IMG/VR virus record: IMGVR_UViG_2526164666_000022
Location: 1-6,871 of that record
Length of the DNA: 6,871 bases
Strand: one strand, 5' to 3'
DNA from: a virus
Lineage: Duplodnaviria > Heunggongvirae > Uroviricota > Caudoviricetes
Numbering within the stretch: position 1 is the stretch's first letter; each line of letters begins with the position of its first letter. Positions 6,552 to 6,871 of this stretch are shown here, in pieces. Below the pieces are notes generated by a model. That model made no database searches, was not told the origin of the DNA, and worked only from the letters and a program-made list of their open reading frames with translations. Position numbers and translations under genes: made by a program.

Positions 6552-6871
6552 TGAGGTGTACTGGCAATAGCGGACACTACCATTTGTTCTTTTTTTAAGC
6601 AGCCATCTGATGATATTTTTCCCTGAAGGCTGCCGGGGAGATATTCCCCAGACGAGAGTGACGACGCTGACGATTGTAGAAAATCTCAATGTATTCCCGT
6701 ATTACTGAGATGGCTTCATCCCGGTTATTAAAACGATAGTGGCTCAGGCTCTCATTTTTCAGCGTTCCCCAGAAGCTTTCCATCGGAGCGTTGTCGTAAC
6801 AGTTACCTTTACGCGACATTGATGTTTTCAGACCAAACTGCTCCTGTATGACCCGGTAATCGTATGCGCAG
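6552..6871 (-). mobile_element. IS3-family insertion sequence (IS911-like), right-end portion; the boundary near 6552 is tentative
   Basis: Transposase orfB 3' end as above. IS3-family elements terminate 5'-TG…CA-3' a few tens of bp beyond the orfB stop; a TGAGGTG… motif begins at 6552, 43 bp from the stop. The other end is outside the window, so the inverted repeat cannot be confirmed. Confidence 0.55.
6595..6871 (-). CDS. IS3-family transposase OrfB (integrase catalytic-core C-terminus), 3' portion; N-terminus lies beyond the window end
   Basis: The minus-strand frame is open from the window edge: …AYDYRVIQEQFGLKTSMSRKGNCYDNAPMESFWGTLKNESLSHYRFNNRDEAISVIREYIEIFYNRQRRHSRLGNISPAAFREKYHQMAA*, with the stop read from 6595-6597. 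'SRKGNCYDNAPMESFWGTLK…YNRQRRHSRLG' is the conserved C-terminal signature of IS3-family OrfB; it resembles IS911-type elements from memory. Confidence 0.9.
   Translation of the reverse strand, partial: CAYDYRVIQEQFGLKTSMSRKGNCYDNAPMESFWGTLKNESLSHYRFNNRDEAISVIREYIEIFYNRQRRHSRLGNISPAAFREKYHQMAA

Overview
This window reads as the right-hand (tail) end of a lambda-like prophage in an enterobacterial genome, followed by type III effector cargo and the edge of an insertion sequence. From left to right on the + strand: the 3' three-quarters of a J-like tail-tip host-specificity gene, whose reading frame is broken by a single-base frameshift in an A-run near position 720; a lom-like outer-membrane protein gene; a hairpin terminator; a side tail fibre gene (stf-like) with an Ala/Ser/Glu-rich shaft and about 36 collagen-like Gly-X-Y triplets; a tightly coupled 89-codon ORF whose product is paralogous to the fibre's own C-terminal tip; and a second terminator. 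After that the sequence becomes visibly AT-richer and carries a truncated NleG-family effector N-terminus and an intact NleC-like zinc metalloprotease effector (HEIIH motif), which points to an attaching/effacing pathogen (EPEC/EHEC/Citrobacter rodentium-like) host. About 450 bp with no convincing gene follows, then the 3' end of an IS3-family transposase (orfB) on the minus strand running off the window. All homology statements rest on reading the translations and on remembered protein families; no database search was run. The most unusual observations are the duplicated fibre-tip module and the frameshifted J gene.
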